This document shows, one piece after another, positions 20,622 to 31,000 of a stretch of DNA of 64,000 nt. The stretch lies in NCBI GenBank assembly GCA_945861865.1, contig CAMAWN010000007.1, forward strand, positions 2,047-66,046. Reading direction: 5' to 3'. Origin of the DNA: Candidatus Kuenenia stuttgartensis (GTDB lineage: Bacteria; Planctomycetota; Planctomycetia; Planctomycetales; Planctomycetaceae). Every line of letters starts with the position of its first letter. Positions within the stretch are counted from its first letter, which is position 1. Under the pieces are notes generated by a model. It saw nothing but the letters and a program-made list of their open reading frames with translations. It was not told where the DNA came from and ran no database searches. The position numbers and the translations under genes were made by a program.

Positions 20622-22094
20622 TCAGGCGAAAAGCCGCTCAATCGGTTGAGCCTCGTAGACTGGATAGGGCCGGCCAGTCGCATCGTGCCAAACGGCCTCG
20701 GAAGGAATGCCGAGTGCCTGGTAAATCGTGGCGGCAAAGTTTTCAGGCTTCTGCGGGTCTGTCGTCGGGTAGGCACCACTCTGATCGGAGGCTCCGATGA
20801 CTGTGCCACCACGGACGCCACCACCGGCAAACCACGCGGTTTGGACCGGCCCCCAATGGTCGCGGCCGGAGGTCTTGTAGATTTCGGGAGCGATGTGGCT
20901 GATCCGCGGCGTGCGACCGAACTCACCCGCCATAACGACCAGCGTGCTGTCGAACAGACCACTCTCCTGCAAGTCATCCAACAGCGCGGAGACGGCCAGA
21001 TCGGTCGGTGGAAACAGAAAGTCCTTCAGCATCGGAAAATTGTTGCCGTGCAAATCCCAGCTTCCAAAGTTGCCGAGATTCACCTGCACCAGGTTGACCC
21101 CCGCCTCAACCAATCGCCGAGCCATCAGCAATGACCAGCCAAAGGAATTGTCGCCGTAACGTTCGAGAATCTTTGGATCAGCCTTGCGCACATCGAACGC
21201 CTCGCGCACCTTCGCATCGGCCATCAGCGAAATGACCGATTGCCGAATGCGGTCGTAGCCGCCAACCGAGGCCGCGTCTTCCAGATGCCGCTGTTGCTTC
21301 TCGACGATGTCCAGAATTTCGCGGCGTTCGCGGAATCGCGGCGCGAGCACTCCTTCCGGCAGCGTGAGGTTCGGTACCTCGAATCGCCAATCCAATTTGT
21401 CGGCCGGCTCTCCCTTGTGCAGATTGAAGAGGTATTTGGGAAACGCGCCCGAGTACGAGTGATACGCGTGCGGCTTATCAGTCGCCTCGATGAACCACGG
21501 TTCGTGTTTGTTTCCCAGCAACCCGGCGAATTGACCGGAAAACATCCCCGAGTTCGAGTGATAAACCTTCTCCGGCAACACGACGCTGGGAGGCAGATGA
21601 TTGCATCGCACCGACGTGGCACCGGCGATCGCCGCGATGCTGGGTGCATCAATCGACTGCGGCTTCATCGAGCGATACGTGGGCGGCACGGCCGACTTGC
21701 CGGTCAGCATCATGTAGGTGGCCGCGTCATGACCATTGTTGTTGTGCGTCAGTGACCTCACCAATGCCCACCGGTCGCTCCGTTGAGCCAGCAGCGGCAT
21801 GTGTTCGCAAATCTGAGTTCCCGGCGTCCGAGTCGCGATCGGATTGAACTCCCCTTTGAAATCCGTCGGCCCTTCGGGCTTCATGTCGAACGAGTCGTGT
21901 TGCGAAAGTCCTCCGGTCAGAAAGATGTAAATGACCGCGCGATGTTTTGCAGTGCTCGCAGTTCCCTCAGCCGCCTGAGCTTGCCAGCCCGCGACATCGA
22001 CACTCGACAAGCCCAGCAGGCCGAGCGTCCCGGCCTGCAAGACGGCTCGACGCGCGATCGGTTGCGGAGCAAGTGAAACGGCAGAACGTCTCAT
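20622..22094 (-). CDS. DUF1501-family protein (Tat-exported, alkaline-phosphatase/sulfatase-like fold)
   Basis: I use the ATG at 22094 (GGAGAC upstream), which gives MRRSAVSLAPQPIARRAVLQAGTLGLLGL. The track's longer N-terminus reads through the palindromic repeat (PTHEGSGY) and is rejected. It shows paralogue-level similarity to 22313..23716 and 26612..28057 (for example GEFGRTP, DHW/DHH, GGG(V/I)(R/K)GG). Confidence 0.9.
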   Translation of the reverse strand: MRRSAVSLAPQPIARRAVLQAGTLGLLGLSSVDVAGWQAQAAEGTASTAKHRAVIYIFLTGGLSQHDSFDMKPEGPTDFKGEFNPIATRTPGTQICEHMPLLAQRSDRWALVRSLTHNNNGHDAATYMMLTGKSAVPPTYRSMKPQSIDAPSIAAIAGATSVRCNHLPPSVVLPEKVYHSNSGMFSGQFAGLLGNKHEPWFIEATDKPHAYHSYSGAFPKYLFNLHKGEPADKLDWRFEVPNLTLPEGVLAPRFRERREILDIVEKQQRHLEDAASVGGYDRIRQSVISLMADAKVREAFDVRKADPKILERYGDNSFGWSLLMARRLVEAGVNLVQVNLGNFGSWDLHGNNFPMLKDFLFPPTDLAVSALLDDLQESGLFDSTLVVMAGEFGRTPRISHIAPEIYKTSGRDHWGPVQTAWFAGGGVRGGTVIGASDQSGAYPTTDPQKPENFAATIYQALGIPSEAVWHDATGRPYPVYEAQPIERLFA

Positions 22095-22209
22095 CACAGA
22101 GTCTCCTCGTCGCGAGCAGTTCGATTGAGAAAGATGATACGGAGACCGGTCGCGCCGACCAAGCTCTATTCGGTTTTGCACGGTTGGCCAATTCTTGAGA
22201 TTGCGATGC

Positions 22210-22304
22210 CTGTAGCCCGAACCCTCGTGGGTCGGACGATTTTGATTCGGCGACATCGTCGCACAATCATCGAATCCTTCGACCCACGAGGGGCCGGGCT
22301 ACAG
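22210..22304. repeat. Palindromic intergenic repeat, family A (intact 95-nt hairpin element)
   Basis: The left arm is ctgtagcccgaaccctcgtgggtcggacgatt and the right arm is aatccttcgacccacgaggggccgggctacag. 28 of 32 positions are complementary. The 31-nt spacer is itself self-complementary (tgatt..gcgac-atc-gtcgc..aatca). The whole element can therefore fold into one hairpin of about 45 bp. Confidence 0.7.
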
Positions 22305-22312
22305 TTCGCTTC

Positions 22313-23716
22313 TCAAGTCAGCACATCGCGAACGACTTCTCCATGCACGTCGGTCAGGCGGAAATCGCGGCCGGCGTAGCGGTAGGTCAGTTGCTCGTGA
22401 TCGAAGCCCAGCAGGTGCAGGATCGTCGCGTGCAAATCGTGGATGTGGACTCGGCCTTCAACCGCGTTCCAGCCGAGTTCGTCGGTCGCTCCATGAACGT
22501 AGCCCGGTTTGACACCGCCGCCGGCGATACACATCGAGAAGCCGTAGTGATTGTGATCGCGGCCGTTGGGCGTGCGTGAAACTCCCGGAGTCGGAATCTC
22601 GACGGTCGGCGTCCGACCGAACTCGCCGCCAATAATGACCAGCGTGCTGTCGAGCATTCCGAGTTGCTTCAGATCGCGGAGCAACGCGGCGATCGGCTGA
22701 TCGCACTCTTTCGCGAGATCGCGGTGATTCGTTTCGAGATTGTCGTGCGCATCCCACGGTTGTCCGGCTCGTTGCCAGACCTGCACGAATCGCACGCCGC
22801 GCTCCAACAACCGCCGAGCAATCAGCAATTGCCGGCCGTAGGTCGTGTCGCCGTACATCGCCCGCGCGGCTTGCGGCTCGCGAGTCACGTCGAACGCGTC
22901 GGTCGCTTCGGTCTGCATCCGATAGGCCAACTCAAACGACTGAATGCGTGCTTCGAGCTGCGCGTCACCCGGCCGCCGGCTCAAGTGCCGTTCATTGATC
23001 TGCCGCAGCAGGTCGAGTTGCTCGCGCTGCCGACCCGGCCGCACAAAATCGTTGCGGATGTTCTCGATCAACTTCTCCGGCTGAGTGTGCTGCGAGTCAA
23101 TGTACGTTCCTTGGAACGCTCCCGGCAAAAACGCCGACCGCCAATTCTGGCCCGCTGTCGCGGGATAGCCGCCCGGACACATCACGACGAAGCCCGGCAA
23201 GTTTTGATTCTCGGTGCCCAAGCCGTACGTGACCCAGGCCCCCATGCTGGGCCGAGCTTGCCGGCCGTCGCCGCAGTTCATCAACAAGTACGACGGCTCA
23301 TGATTCGGCACGTCGGCGTACATCGAGCGGATCACGCAGACGTCGTCGATGTTCTCGGCGATGTGCGGGAACAGTTCGCTGACGTCGATTCCGTTCCGGC
23401 CGTGCTTCGCGAACTTGAACGGCGAGCGAAACGCCGCGCCGGTCTTGCGCTCGGTGCGCAATGAAGTCGGCAGCGGCTGGCCGTGATACTTGTCCAGAAT
23501 TGGCTTGGGGTCGAACGTGTCGACGTGCGACACCCCGCCGTTCAAAAAGAGATGAATGACTCGCTGCGCTTTCGCTGCGAAGTGCGGCGGCTTCGGAGCC
23601 AGCGGATGTGTCGCCAGCGGCTCCGCGCGCACCGACTCGCCGTGCAACAAATCCGCCAGCCCGAGCATTCCCAGCCCGATCCCCGAACGGCTCAGCATTT
23701 CTCGGCGAGTCCACAT
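22313..23716 (-). CDS. DUF1501-family protein (Tat-exported)
   Basis: I use the ATG at 23716 (GGAG upstream, 13 nt after the stop of the preceding gene), giving MWTRREMLSRSGIGLGMLGL. The track start at 23758 is TTG and would overlap the upstream gene. 467 aa. Confidence 0.9.
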   Translation of the reverse strand: MWTRREMLSRSGIGLGMLGLADLLHGESVRAEPLATHPLAPKPPHFAAKAQRVIHLFLNGGVSHVDTFDPKPILDKYHGQPLPTSLRTERKTGAAFRSPFKFAKHGRNGIDVSELFPHIAENIDDVCVIRSMYADVPNHEPSYLLMNCGDGRQARPSMGAWVTYGLGTENQNLPGFVVMCPGGYPATAGQNWRSAFLPGAFQGTYIDSQHTQPEKLIENIRNDFVRPGRQREQLDLLRQINERHLSRRPGDAQLEARIQSFELAYRMQTEATDAFDVTREPQAARAMYGDTTYGRQLLIARRLLERGVRFVQVWQRAGQPWDAHDNLETNHRDLAKECDQPIAALLRDLKQLGMLDSTLVIIGGEFGRTPTVEIPTPGVSRTPNGRDHNHYGFSMCIAGGGVKPGYVHGATDELGWNAVEGRVHIHDLHATILHLLGFDHEQLTYRYAGRDFRLTDVHGEVVRDVLT

Positions 23717-23729
23717 GCGAGGCACTCCA

Positions 23730-26615
23730 TCAATCCACAAACAAGAACTCGTTGGCAAGCAACAGCGTCTGCAGGTATTCCTGCCACCGCGTCAGGTGCG
23801 GCGATTCACCAGCCGTGACACCATCGTTCGATTCCAAAAACTTCTGACCGAGAGCGATCTCCTCCGGTTCGGCAGCTCGGCTGAAGAGCGCTCGATAGAC
23901 CGCTTCGATGTGCCGTTCCGTTGGCTCGATGCGCAGCAGATCCGGTCGTGCCGCCAAGTTCCGAGCCTGCTCGCGCAGAAAGGGGCTGTTCATCAGAAAC
24001 AGCGCTTGCTGCGGGACCGTCGTCCGATGCCGTTGTGGACTGCTGGCGTCCGGCGCGGCGAAGTCGAACGTCCGCAGAACACTCGGCAAGTTTTGTCGAT
24101 CGATGAATCCATAGACCGCGCGACGAGTCGAAAACGGTTCGCTCGTTTGATTCACCGGCGGGCCGCCCATCGTCAGGTCCAGCTTTCCCGTAACCGCCAG
24201 CAGCGAGTCGCGCAACGCTTCCCAGTCGAGCCGCCGGCGATTCATCTTCCACAGCAGTTTGTTTTCCGGGTCTTGCTCCAACTCGCGGCTCGGTTCGTCG
24301 CGGCTCGACTGCTGATAGACCGACGACAGCATGACCCGCCGATGCAGCTTCTTGATTAACCAACCCTCGTCCATGAAGTGCGCTGCCAGATGGTCGAGCA
24401 GCTCGGGATGCGTCGGCGGTTCGCCTCGTAAGCCAAAGTCACTGGGTGTGCGGACGATCCCGGCTCCGAAATGGTGCAGCCAGACGCGATTGACCATGAT
24501 TCGCGCGGTCAACGGGTTGTTCCGGTCAACAATCGCGCGCGCCAACTCCAATCGTCCGCTGCCGTGCTGAAACGGCGTTCGTTCGCCGCGAGACAACACT
24601 TCCAAAAACTGCCGAGGTACCACGGCTCCCGGATTGCTGGCGTTGCCGCGCACGAACACGCGCGGATTTACGGGGACGGCCGCGTCGATCAGGACGTGCG
24701 CATGCGGAGCAGCTCCAGCCGACGCGACCCAGTCTTCGACCTGTCGTTGCTGGTCGTGAAGTTGATTTTGAGTCGTCGTGTCGACGAACAGAAACTCTTC
24801 GACTTCCGTTAGCCGGATCACCGACGGAGCCTCATCGCCGAAGAGCAATTGCCGCAGCTCCTCCCAGTTGGAATCGGCGAGTTGCTTGGCCGAAGGATCT
24901 GTCTTCAGCGTTTCGTGCCAGCGAGCCTCCACCTGTTGAAACAACTCGCCGAATCGCGTGGCGACATCGGCCAGATTACTCGGCGGTGCGTCGGCCAAGG
25001 CTCGCACGACGATCGCGTTCCATCGCTGCTTCGAGTCCGTCGCATCGCGCCACTTCGCGATCAACTCCCGAGTTTTCGCAGAGAACTCGTCCGGCGTCGA
25101 CGCCGATAAATTCGCCAACGCGTGCCACGGGCTGAGCACTGGATGATGCCGCTTGCGAGTCTGTTCGAGCAGTTGGCCCCAGCGTTGGGTCATCACCGGA
25201 TTCAAATCCTTCGAGGCATCGATCAGGAACATGACCGCCAGAAAGTTGGCTTGAAGCTGCTCCTTCTGAGCCGCCAGCAGGTACTCGCCCGCTCGCTCGC
25301 GAGCCGACTTCTCAAGCTTGGCCTGTTGCGTCCGCAGAAACTGCTGCAACTGATCGGTGCGACGCTGCAACTCTTGCAAGTACGCGTCGTGTCGCGGTCG
25401 CTCGGCGACCGGCACGATCAGCGGCGGAACGTGCGGCTCGATCGAACTCGCAAAGACGCCGTGCAGCGAGTAGTAGTCGCGAGTCGGTACTGGATCGAAT
25501 TTGTGATCGTGACACCGCGCACACGACACCGTCAGCCCCAGCAATCCGCGAGTCACCACGTCGATGCGGTCGTCAATGATGTCGTGCTGGCTGTTCAGAA
25601 ACCGTTGTCCGAGCGTCAGGAAACCCATCGCTGCCAACGGCCGCGGATCGTCACCGAGTTCCAGCTGATCCGCCGCCAGTTGCTGCACGACGAATTGATC
25701 GAACGGCAGATCGTCGTTGAACGCGCGGATGACATAATCGCGGTACGTCCACGAGCAGGGATAATTCGGGTTGTCCTTCAGCCGCACATAGCCTTTCGTG
25801 TCGGCGTACCTCGCCACGTCGAGCCAATGCCGTCCCCACCGCTCGCCGTAGCGCGGCGATGCGAGCAGCCGGTTCACAACTTTCTCGAACGCGTTCGGCG
25901 ATTGATCCGCTTCAAACGCCGCGAACTCGTCGGGCATTGGAGGGAGTCCGTGCAGATCAAACGTCGCGCGGCGAATCAGCGTGCGACGATCCGCCGCCGG
26001 ACTCGGCTTGAGTCCCGCCGCCTCCAGCCGAGCGAACACAAACGCATCGACTTCGTTGCGGATTTCGAGTTTCGAGTTTCGGAGTTTCGGCACCACCGGT
26101 TTCGTCACCGGTTGAAAGGCCCAGTGTGTCCTGCTGCGTTCTTGAATGCTGCCGCTGTCGCTCGACTCGGTGGCTCCCGCCGGCCATTTCGCGCCGCTCT
26201 TCACCCAAGCCGTCAGCGATTCAATCGCGCGTTCGGACAGCTTCTGTTTTGGCGGCATCTTGACTGAGCCAGCATAACGGACGGCTTTGATCAGTTGGCT
26301 TTGTTCGGCATCGCCGGGGGCGATGACCGGCCCATTCTCGCTCCCCGTTTGCAAACCAAGGGCGGAATCGAGTCGCAATCCGGCCTCTTGTTTCTTGGGT
26401 CCGTGGCAGCCGACGCAATGCTCAACCAGGACCGGCCGCACTCTGTTCTCAAAAAATGCCGCGGAGTCGTCCGCAGCGACGAAGTTCGAATCAAAGGCGA
26501 TGAACAACGCGACGAACAGCGCAGCTCGAAGCGACAGACTGGAAGTTGCGCGTTCGCCGCAATGGGGCAAATGCCCAACTTCAAAACTGTCGATTCGGGT
26601 TGATGGTGCAGTCAC
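23730..26615 (-). CDS. PSCyt1 (planctomycete cytochrome c) + DUF1549/PSCyt2 + DUF1553/PSD1 protein
   Basis: 961 aa. The GTG start overlaps the upstream stop by 4 nt (GTGA). A signal-like segment (LRAALFVALFIAFDSNFVAA) is followed by FFENRVRPVLVEHCVGCHG (CxxCH). The DUF1549-type segment is RRATFDLHGLPP...RYGERWGRHWLDVARYADT, with a second motif CARCHDHKFDP. The DUF1553-type C-terminus is LTARIMVNRVWLHHFG...PTHPELLDHLA. Confidence 0.9.
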   Translation of the reverse strand: MTAPSTRIDSFEVGHLPHCGERATSSLSLRAALFVALFIAFDSNFVAADDSAAFFENRVRPVLVEHCVGCHGPKKQEAGLRLDSALGLQTGSENGPVIAPGDAEQSQLIKAVRYAGSVKMPPKQKLSERAIESLTAWVKSGAKWPAGATESSDSGSIQERSRTHWAFQPVTKPVVPKLRNSKLEIRNEVDAFVFARLEAAGLKPSPAADRRTLIRRATFDLHGLPPMPDEFAAFEADQSPNAFEKVVNRLLASPRYGERWGRHWLDVARYADTKGYVRLKDNPNYPCSWTYRDYVIRAFNDDLPFDQFVVQQLAADQLELGDDPRPLAAMGFLTLGQRFLNSQHDIIDDRIDVVTRGLLGLTVSCARCHDHKFDPVPTRDYYSLHGVFASSIEPHVPPLIVPVAERPRHDAYLQELQRRTDQLQQFLRTQQAKLEKSARERAGEYLLAAQKEQLQANFLAVMFLIDASKDLNPVMTQRWGQLLEQTRKRHHPVLSPWHALANLSASTPDEFSAKTRELIAKWRDATDSKQRWNAIVVRALADAPPSNLADVATRFGELFQQVEARWHETLKTDPSAKQLADSNWEELRQLLFGDEAPSVIRLTEVEEFLFVDTTTQNQLHDQQRQVEDWVASAGAAPHAHVLIDAAVPVNPRVFVRGNASNPGAVVPRQFLEVLSRGERTPFQHGSGRLELARAIVDRNNPLTARIMVNRVWLHHFGAGIVRTPSDFGLRGEPPTHPELLDHLAAHFMDEGWLIKKLHRRVMLSSVYQQSSRDEPSRELEQDPENKLLWKMNRRRLDWEALRDSLLAVTGKLDLTMGGPPVNQTSEPFSTRRAVYGFIDRQNLPSVLRTFDFAAPDASSPQRHRTTVPQQALFLMNSPFLREQARNLAARPDLLRIEPTERHIEAVYRALFSRAAEPEEIALGQKFLESNDGVTAGESPHLTRWQEYLQTLLLANEFLFVD

Positions 26616-28057
26616 GCCAGCACCTCACGCACAACATTTCCATGCACGTCGGTCAGACGAAAGTCGCGGCCGGCAAAGCGGAATGTCAGGCGTTCGTGGT
26701 CCAAGCCCATCAAGTGCAGGATCGTTGCGTGCAGATCGTGCATCGTGCAGATATTCTCGACGGAGTGCATGCCGAGGTCGTCAGTCGCTCCGTAGATCGT
26801 GCCGCCGCGCACGCCACCTCCAGCCAGCCACACCGAAAATCCTTCGGGATGATGATCGCGACCGTCGCGGCCAGCCGAATGCGGAGTCCGTCCGAACTCG
26901 CCTGCCCAGACGATCAGAGTTTCGTCGAACAGGCCGCGCTGTTTGAGATCTTGAATCAGACCGCCGATCGCCTGATCGGTGTCGAGCGCGTTCTTTTCGT
27001 GACCCGCTTTGAGATTGCCGTGCTGGTCCCAAGTACCGTTCGAGGCACCGGGCGGGCAAGTGATCTCGACGAACCGCACGCCCGATTCGATCAACCGGCG
27101 CGCTCGCAAGCATTGAATGCCGTACAGGCGTTGCGAGGGCACCTTCGAGTCGAGTCCGTACATCGTCTGTGTCGCCTCGGACTCATGGCGAAGGTCGAGC
27201 ACATCCGGCACGAGCGACTGCATGCGATACGCCATCTCGTAGTTCTTGATCGCCGACTCGACCGCGTCATCGACGCCCAGAGTGCGAGAGAACGACTCGT
27301 CTTGCCCGCGCAGCAGCGCAAGTTTCGCCTGTTGAATCCGCGAGTTTTTGTCGCCCGGCGTCAGATTGTCGAGCGGGACGCCATCGGCATTCAGCATCGT
27401 CGCCTGCTGATTCGCCGGCAGAAAACCGCTGGAGTAATTCTCGAAGCCGCCGCACGGGACGACTCCGAAACTCAACACGACGAAGCCCGGCAGATTGCGG
27501 CTCTCGCTGCCAAGTCCGTAATTGACCCACGAACCGAGGCTCGGTCGACCGGCGTTGTTCGAGCCGGTGTGCAAAAACAACACGCCGGTCGAGTGAATCG
27601 GCAAGTCCGCCTTCATCGAGCGGATCACGGCGAGGTCATCCGCATGCGCCGCGATGTGCGGAAACAAACTGCTGATCGGCATCCCGCTGTCGCCGTATTT
27701 CCGAAACGCCCAGGGACTCTTGAGCCACTGCCGATTGCCGTTGGCCGTTGGGTTCTTCGATTCGAGAAACGGTTTACCGTCGAGTTCATCGAGCTTCGTT
27801 TTTGGATCGAACGAATCGACTTGCGAAACTCCTCCGTCCATGAAGCAGAAAATGACCTGCTTGGCTTTCGCCGCGAAATGCGGCGAGGTCGTTGTCGCGT
27901 TCGAGGGTTGAACGGCTCGCGTTTCCTGCGCGAGCAACCCCGACAGCGCGAGCATCCCGAATCCGTTCGCCGACGCGGCCAGCATGTCGCGGCGAGTCAC
28001 CGGCACGGCATCGCGACCAGGACAAGCACAGATCGATGTGGATTGCAGGGGGAACAT
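26612..28057 (-). CDS. DUF1501-family protein (Tat-exported)
   Basis: 481 aa. The ATG lies 18 nt after the stop of the preceding large gene. The twin-arginine leader is VTRRDMLAASANGFGMLALSGLLA. Confidence 0.9.
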   Translation of the reverse strand: MFPLQSTSICACPGRDAVPVTRRDMLAASANGFGMLALSGLLAQETRAVQPSNATTTSPHFAAKAKQVIFCFMDGGVSQVDSFDPKTKLDELDGKPFLESKNPTANGNRQWLKSPWAFRKYGDSGMPISSLFPHIAAHADDLAVIRSMKADLPIHSTGVLFLHTGSNNAGRPSLGSWVNYGLGSESRNLPGFVVLSFGVVPCGGFENYSSGFLPANQQATMLNADGVPLDNLTPGDKNSRIQQAKLALLRGQDESFSRTLGVDDAVESAIKNYEMAYRMQSLVPDVLDLRHESEATQTMYGLDSKVPSQRLYGIQCLRARRLIESGVRFVEITCPPGASNGTWDQHGNLKAGHEKNALDTDQAIGGLIQDLKQRGLFDETLIVWAGEFGRTPHSAGRDGRDHHPEGFSVWLAGGGVRGGTIYGATDDLGMHSVENICTMHDLHATILHLMGLDHERLTFRFAGRDFRLTDVHGNVVREVLA

Positions 28058-28075
28058 TACAGACTCTCACAATAG

Positions 28076-31000
28076 CTACGGGATGTAGATGAACTCTTTC
28101 AAATTGAAGATCGCATGTGCGAGATCACGCCACACGAGTTGGCTGGTCAACACGCTGTTCGTCGGGACTTGGTGCAGCTCCGCCAGTTCCAGCGTGGTCC
28201 GCTCGAACCGTTGTCGTTCATCCTCGGACGGCGAGCGATCGAAGGCCGTCTGAAACAGGGCGTCGATGCGAGCACCGATTGAATCGTCCGAGCGAGCCAC
28301 CAGTCGCTGCGCCCAGACGTCGGCCTGTTGCAGCACGAACGGATCGTTGAGCAACGCCAACGCCTGAGCCGGAACATTGGTCACGTCACGACGGCCTTGA
28401 GTCACCTTGCCGCCGGGAAAGTTGAACGCTTCCAGAAACTTCGGCCCTTCCATCAAATTGTTCTTGATGTAAATGCTGCGGCGACCGTGACCGTCCAGTG
28501 GACCGGCGAAGAGACGGCGATCGGCGTAGTCCTTGTCGCGGAACGGCTGCACGCTGGATCCGAACAACGTGCGGTCCAAGCCACCGCTCGCGGCCAAGAT
28601 GGAATCGCGGATCGACTCCGCTTCCAGGCGTCGAGCCGGGAAATGCTGCAACAACCGGTTCTGTGGATCAACTTCTCGCGACGCGGCCGAAGGCTGATTC
28701 GACAACTGAAACGTCCGCGTCAGCACGAGCGACCGGATCAGCTTCTTCATCGACCAGCCTTCGGACACGAATTGAGCCGCCAGATGATCGAACAGTTCCG
28801 GGTGGGTCGGGAGGTCGCCGACGTGACCGAAATCATCGACCGTGCGGACGAGTCCCGTTCCGAACAAGTGATGCCAGACACGATTCACGAAGACTCGCGC
28901 GGTGAGTGGATTGGTCGGACTGGCGATTCGATCGGCGAGTTCCAACCGGCCGCTGCCGGCACCCACGAACGGATCGCGTGAGGCAGACAACACTTCGAGA
29001 AATCTTCGCGGCGCGGTCTCGCCCGGCCGCGTGACGTCGCCGCGCGTGAAGACCGGTTGATCGTAGCCGTGGCTCGATTCACCGACTCCCGCGACGACTC
29101 GCGGCAGCGCGAGTTGTGCTTCGGTCTGTCGGTATTCCTTCGTCAACTCCGCCAATCGCGGCGACGAACCAACTTGGTTGGCGAGCAGTTCGCGTCGCAA
29201 CAACGCATCGAGCCAGCGGGTATCCTCGTCCGTCGCGTGGTCCTCGGCCCAAGCTCGCAACGCCGCTTCGATGACGGCGACATAACGTGTCGAAACATCT
29301 GCCTGCGACGCCGGCTCGCTGCCGGCAAACAGCGAACGCAGGTGAGCCAATTCCGCTCGCGGCGGTTCCGGACCGTCGTGCAGAACGATCCGTGTCACGC
29401 CGAAATACGAACGCGGATTCTCGGCCGCCTTGTCCCACGGCAGTTTGTAATTGTCTTTGTCGCCGCCGAGTGCCGCGAGCTGATCGGGAAACTTCGGGTT
29501 GTCGAACATCGTCATCAGCTCGGCGTATGTCTGCAGCGATTCGCGTTCGTCGGGCGGAGAGAACATCTCCCAGTGCAGATCGCTGCTGGTCAGAGCGCGG
29601 TAGTTTTTGTAATTCAGTTGACAGTTGTTAGAGACCAGCCGCACCGCGCTACTGCGTTGGCCGAGCACTTGAAAACTGATGTTCTTTTTTCCGAGCGGCA
29701 GAACCGGCGAACGCAGCGTGCCGTTGAGCTTGTCTGACAGCGAGTGCGTGAAACACCCCGCCGGCAGCACCGTGCGAACGAGGGCGTCGCCATCGGGATG
29801 CAACGCGAAATCGCCGCTGCGTCCCGGATCGTTTCGCAATGCTTGCCCGCCGATCTGCCAGCCCGCGACGGAAGGCGAGCGGGCCACGCCGCGGAAGTCT
29901 GCGAAGGTCTCGAACTGCGTGCGGTTGAATTCGGTTCGATCGCGGTCCTCTTTTGCATATCGCTCGGTCAGCTTCTGCCACTCGGACGGAAGCGAAGCGG
30001 GATCGGTCATCGTCGTGGTTGCGAGAACTCGCCACGGTTCGAATGGGTCTTCGAGCGGCAGCTTCTCGGCGGCCAGGACGGCGATCCACTTTTCCAATCG
30101 CTTGGCGTCCAAGCCTGTCGCGAGTTCCGCGGCGTCGGGACGGTTGGCTCGTTTCGCCAATGCCGCTTGCATGAACCGCGCGAGCTGCGACACCTCCTGC
30201 AGCCAGACGGCGGCGATTTCCTTGCGGAGTTCGGTTTTCAATTCGGTCAGACGCTGCGTGAGCTTGGCGTTCACGTCGGGCGCGTCGATGCAGTGACTCA
30301 CCAGCCGCGAGCTGCGCAGGATGCCGAGCATCCCGTAATAGTCCTGCATCGACACCGCATCGAGCTTGTGGTTGTGGCAGCGAGCACACGCGACCGTCGT
30401 CGCCTGAAACGCTTTCGTCAGCGTGTCGATCTGATTGTCCGCAAGGTCGTAGCCAATCGACGGCAGGCTGATGCAATCGTCGTGGTTGACCTCACCGAAG
30501 CGATAAAAACCAGTACCAATGACCGACTCGTTGAAGCGTTCTTTTTCGTTCCAGCGCGGCGTGGGGAGCAGGTCACCAGCGACGTGCTCGCGAATGAATT
30601 GGTCGAACGGAACGTCCGCGTTGAAGGCTCGGATCAGGTAATCGCGATATCTCCAAGCGTGATGGACTTCGTAGTTCCACTCGTTGCCGTGAGTCTCGGT
30701 GAAACGGACGACGTCCATCCAATGCCGTGCCCAACGCTCGCCGAAATGCGGCGAGTTGAGCAGTGAATCGACAAGTTTTTCGTAGGCCGCTGCGAGTCGA
30801 ATGGATTCGCAGTCTCGCAGGAACGCTGCGACGTGTTCGGACGTCGGCGGCAGTCCGGTCAACACGAGGCTCAATCGTCGGACGAGCGTTCGCGGTTCGG
30901 CTCGCCCGGCTGGTTTGAGACCTTGCTGTTCCAATCGCGTGAGCACGAAACGATCGACGGGAAGATCGGACCAATCGGCCTGTTGAGGTCGCGGGACTTC

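Noticed and set aside
18240-21134. A 964-aa plus-strand ORF spanning dnaE, the dnaE-DUF1501 spacer and part of the DUF1501 gene.
   Set aside because: It is antisense and codon-register-aligned to two well-supported minus-strand genes. Its composition is Arg/Ala/Asp/Val-rich (for example RRRAAREADQ) with no motifs. Long stop-free antisense frames are expected in GC-rich genes, because the sense codons TTA, CTA and TCA are rare.
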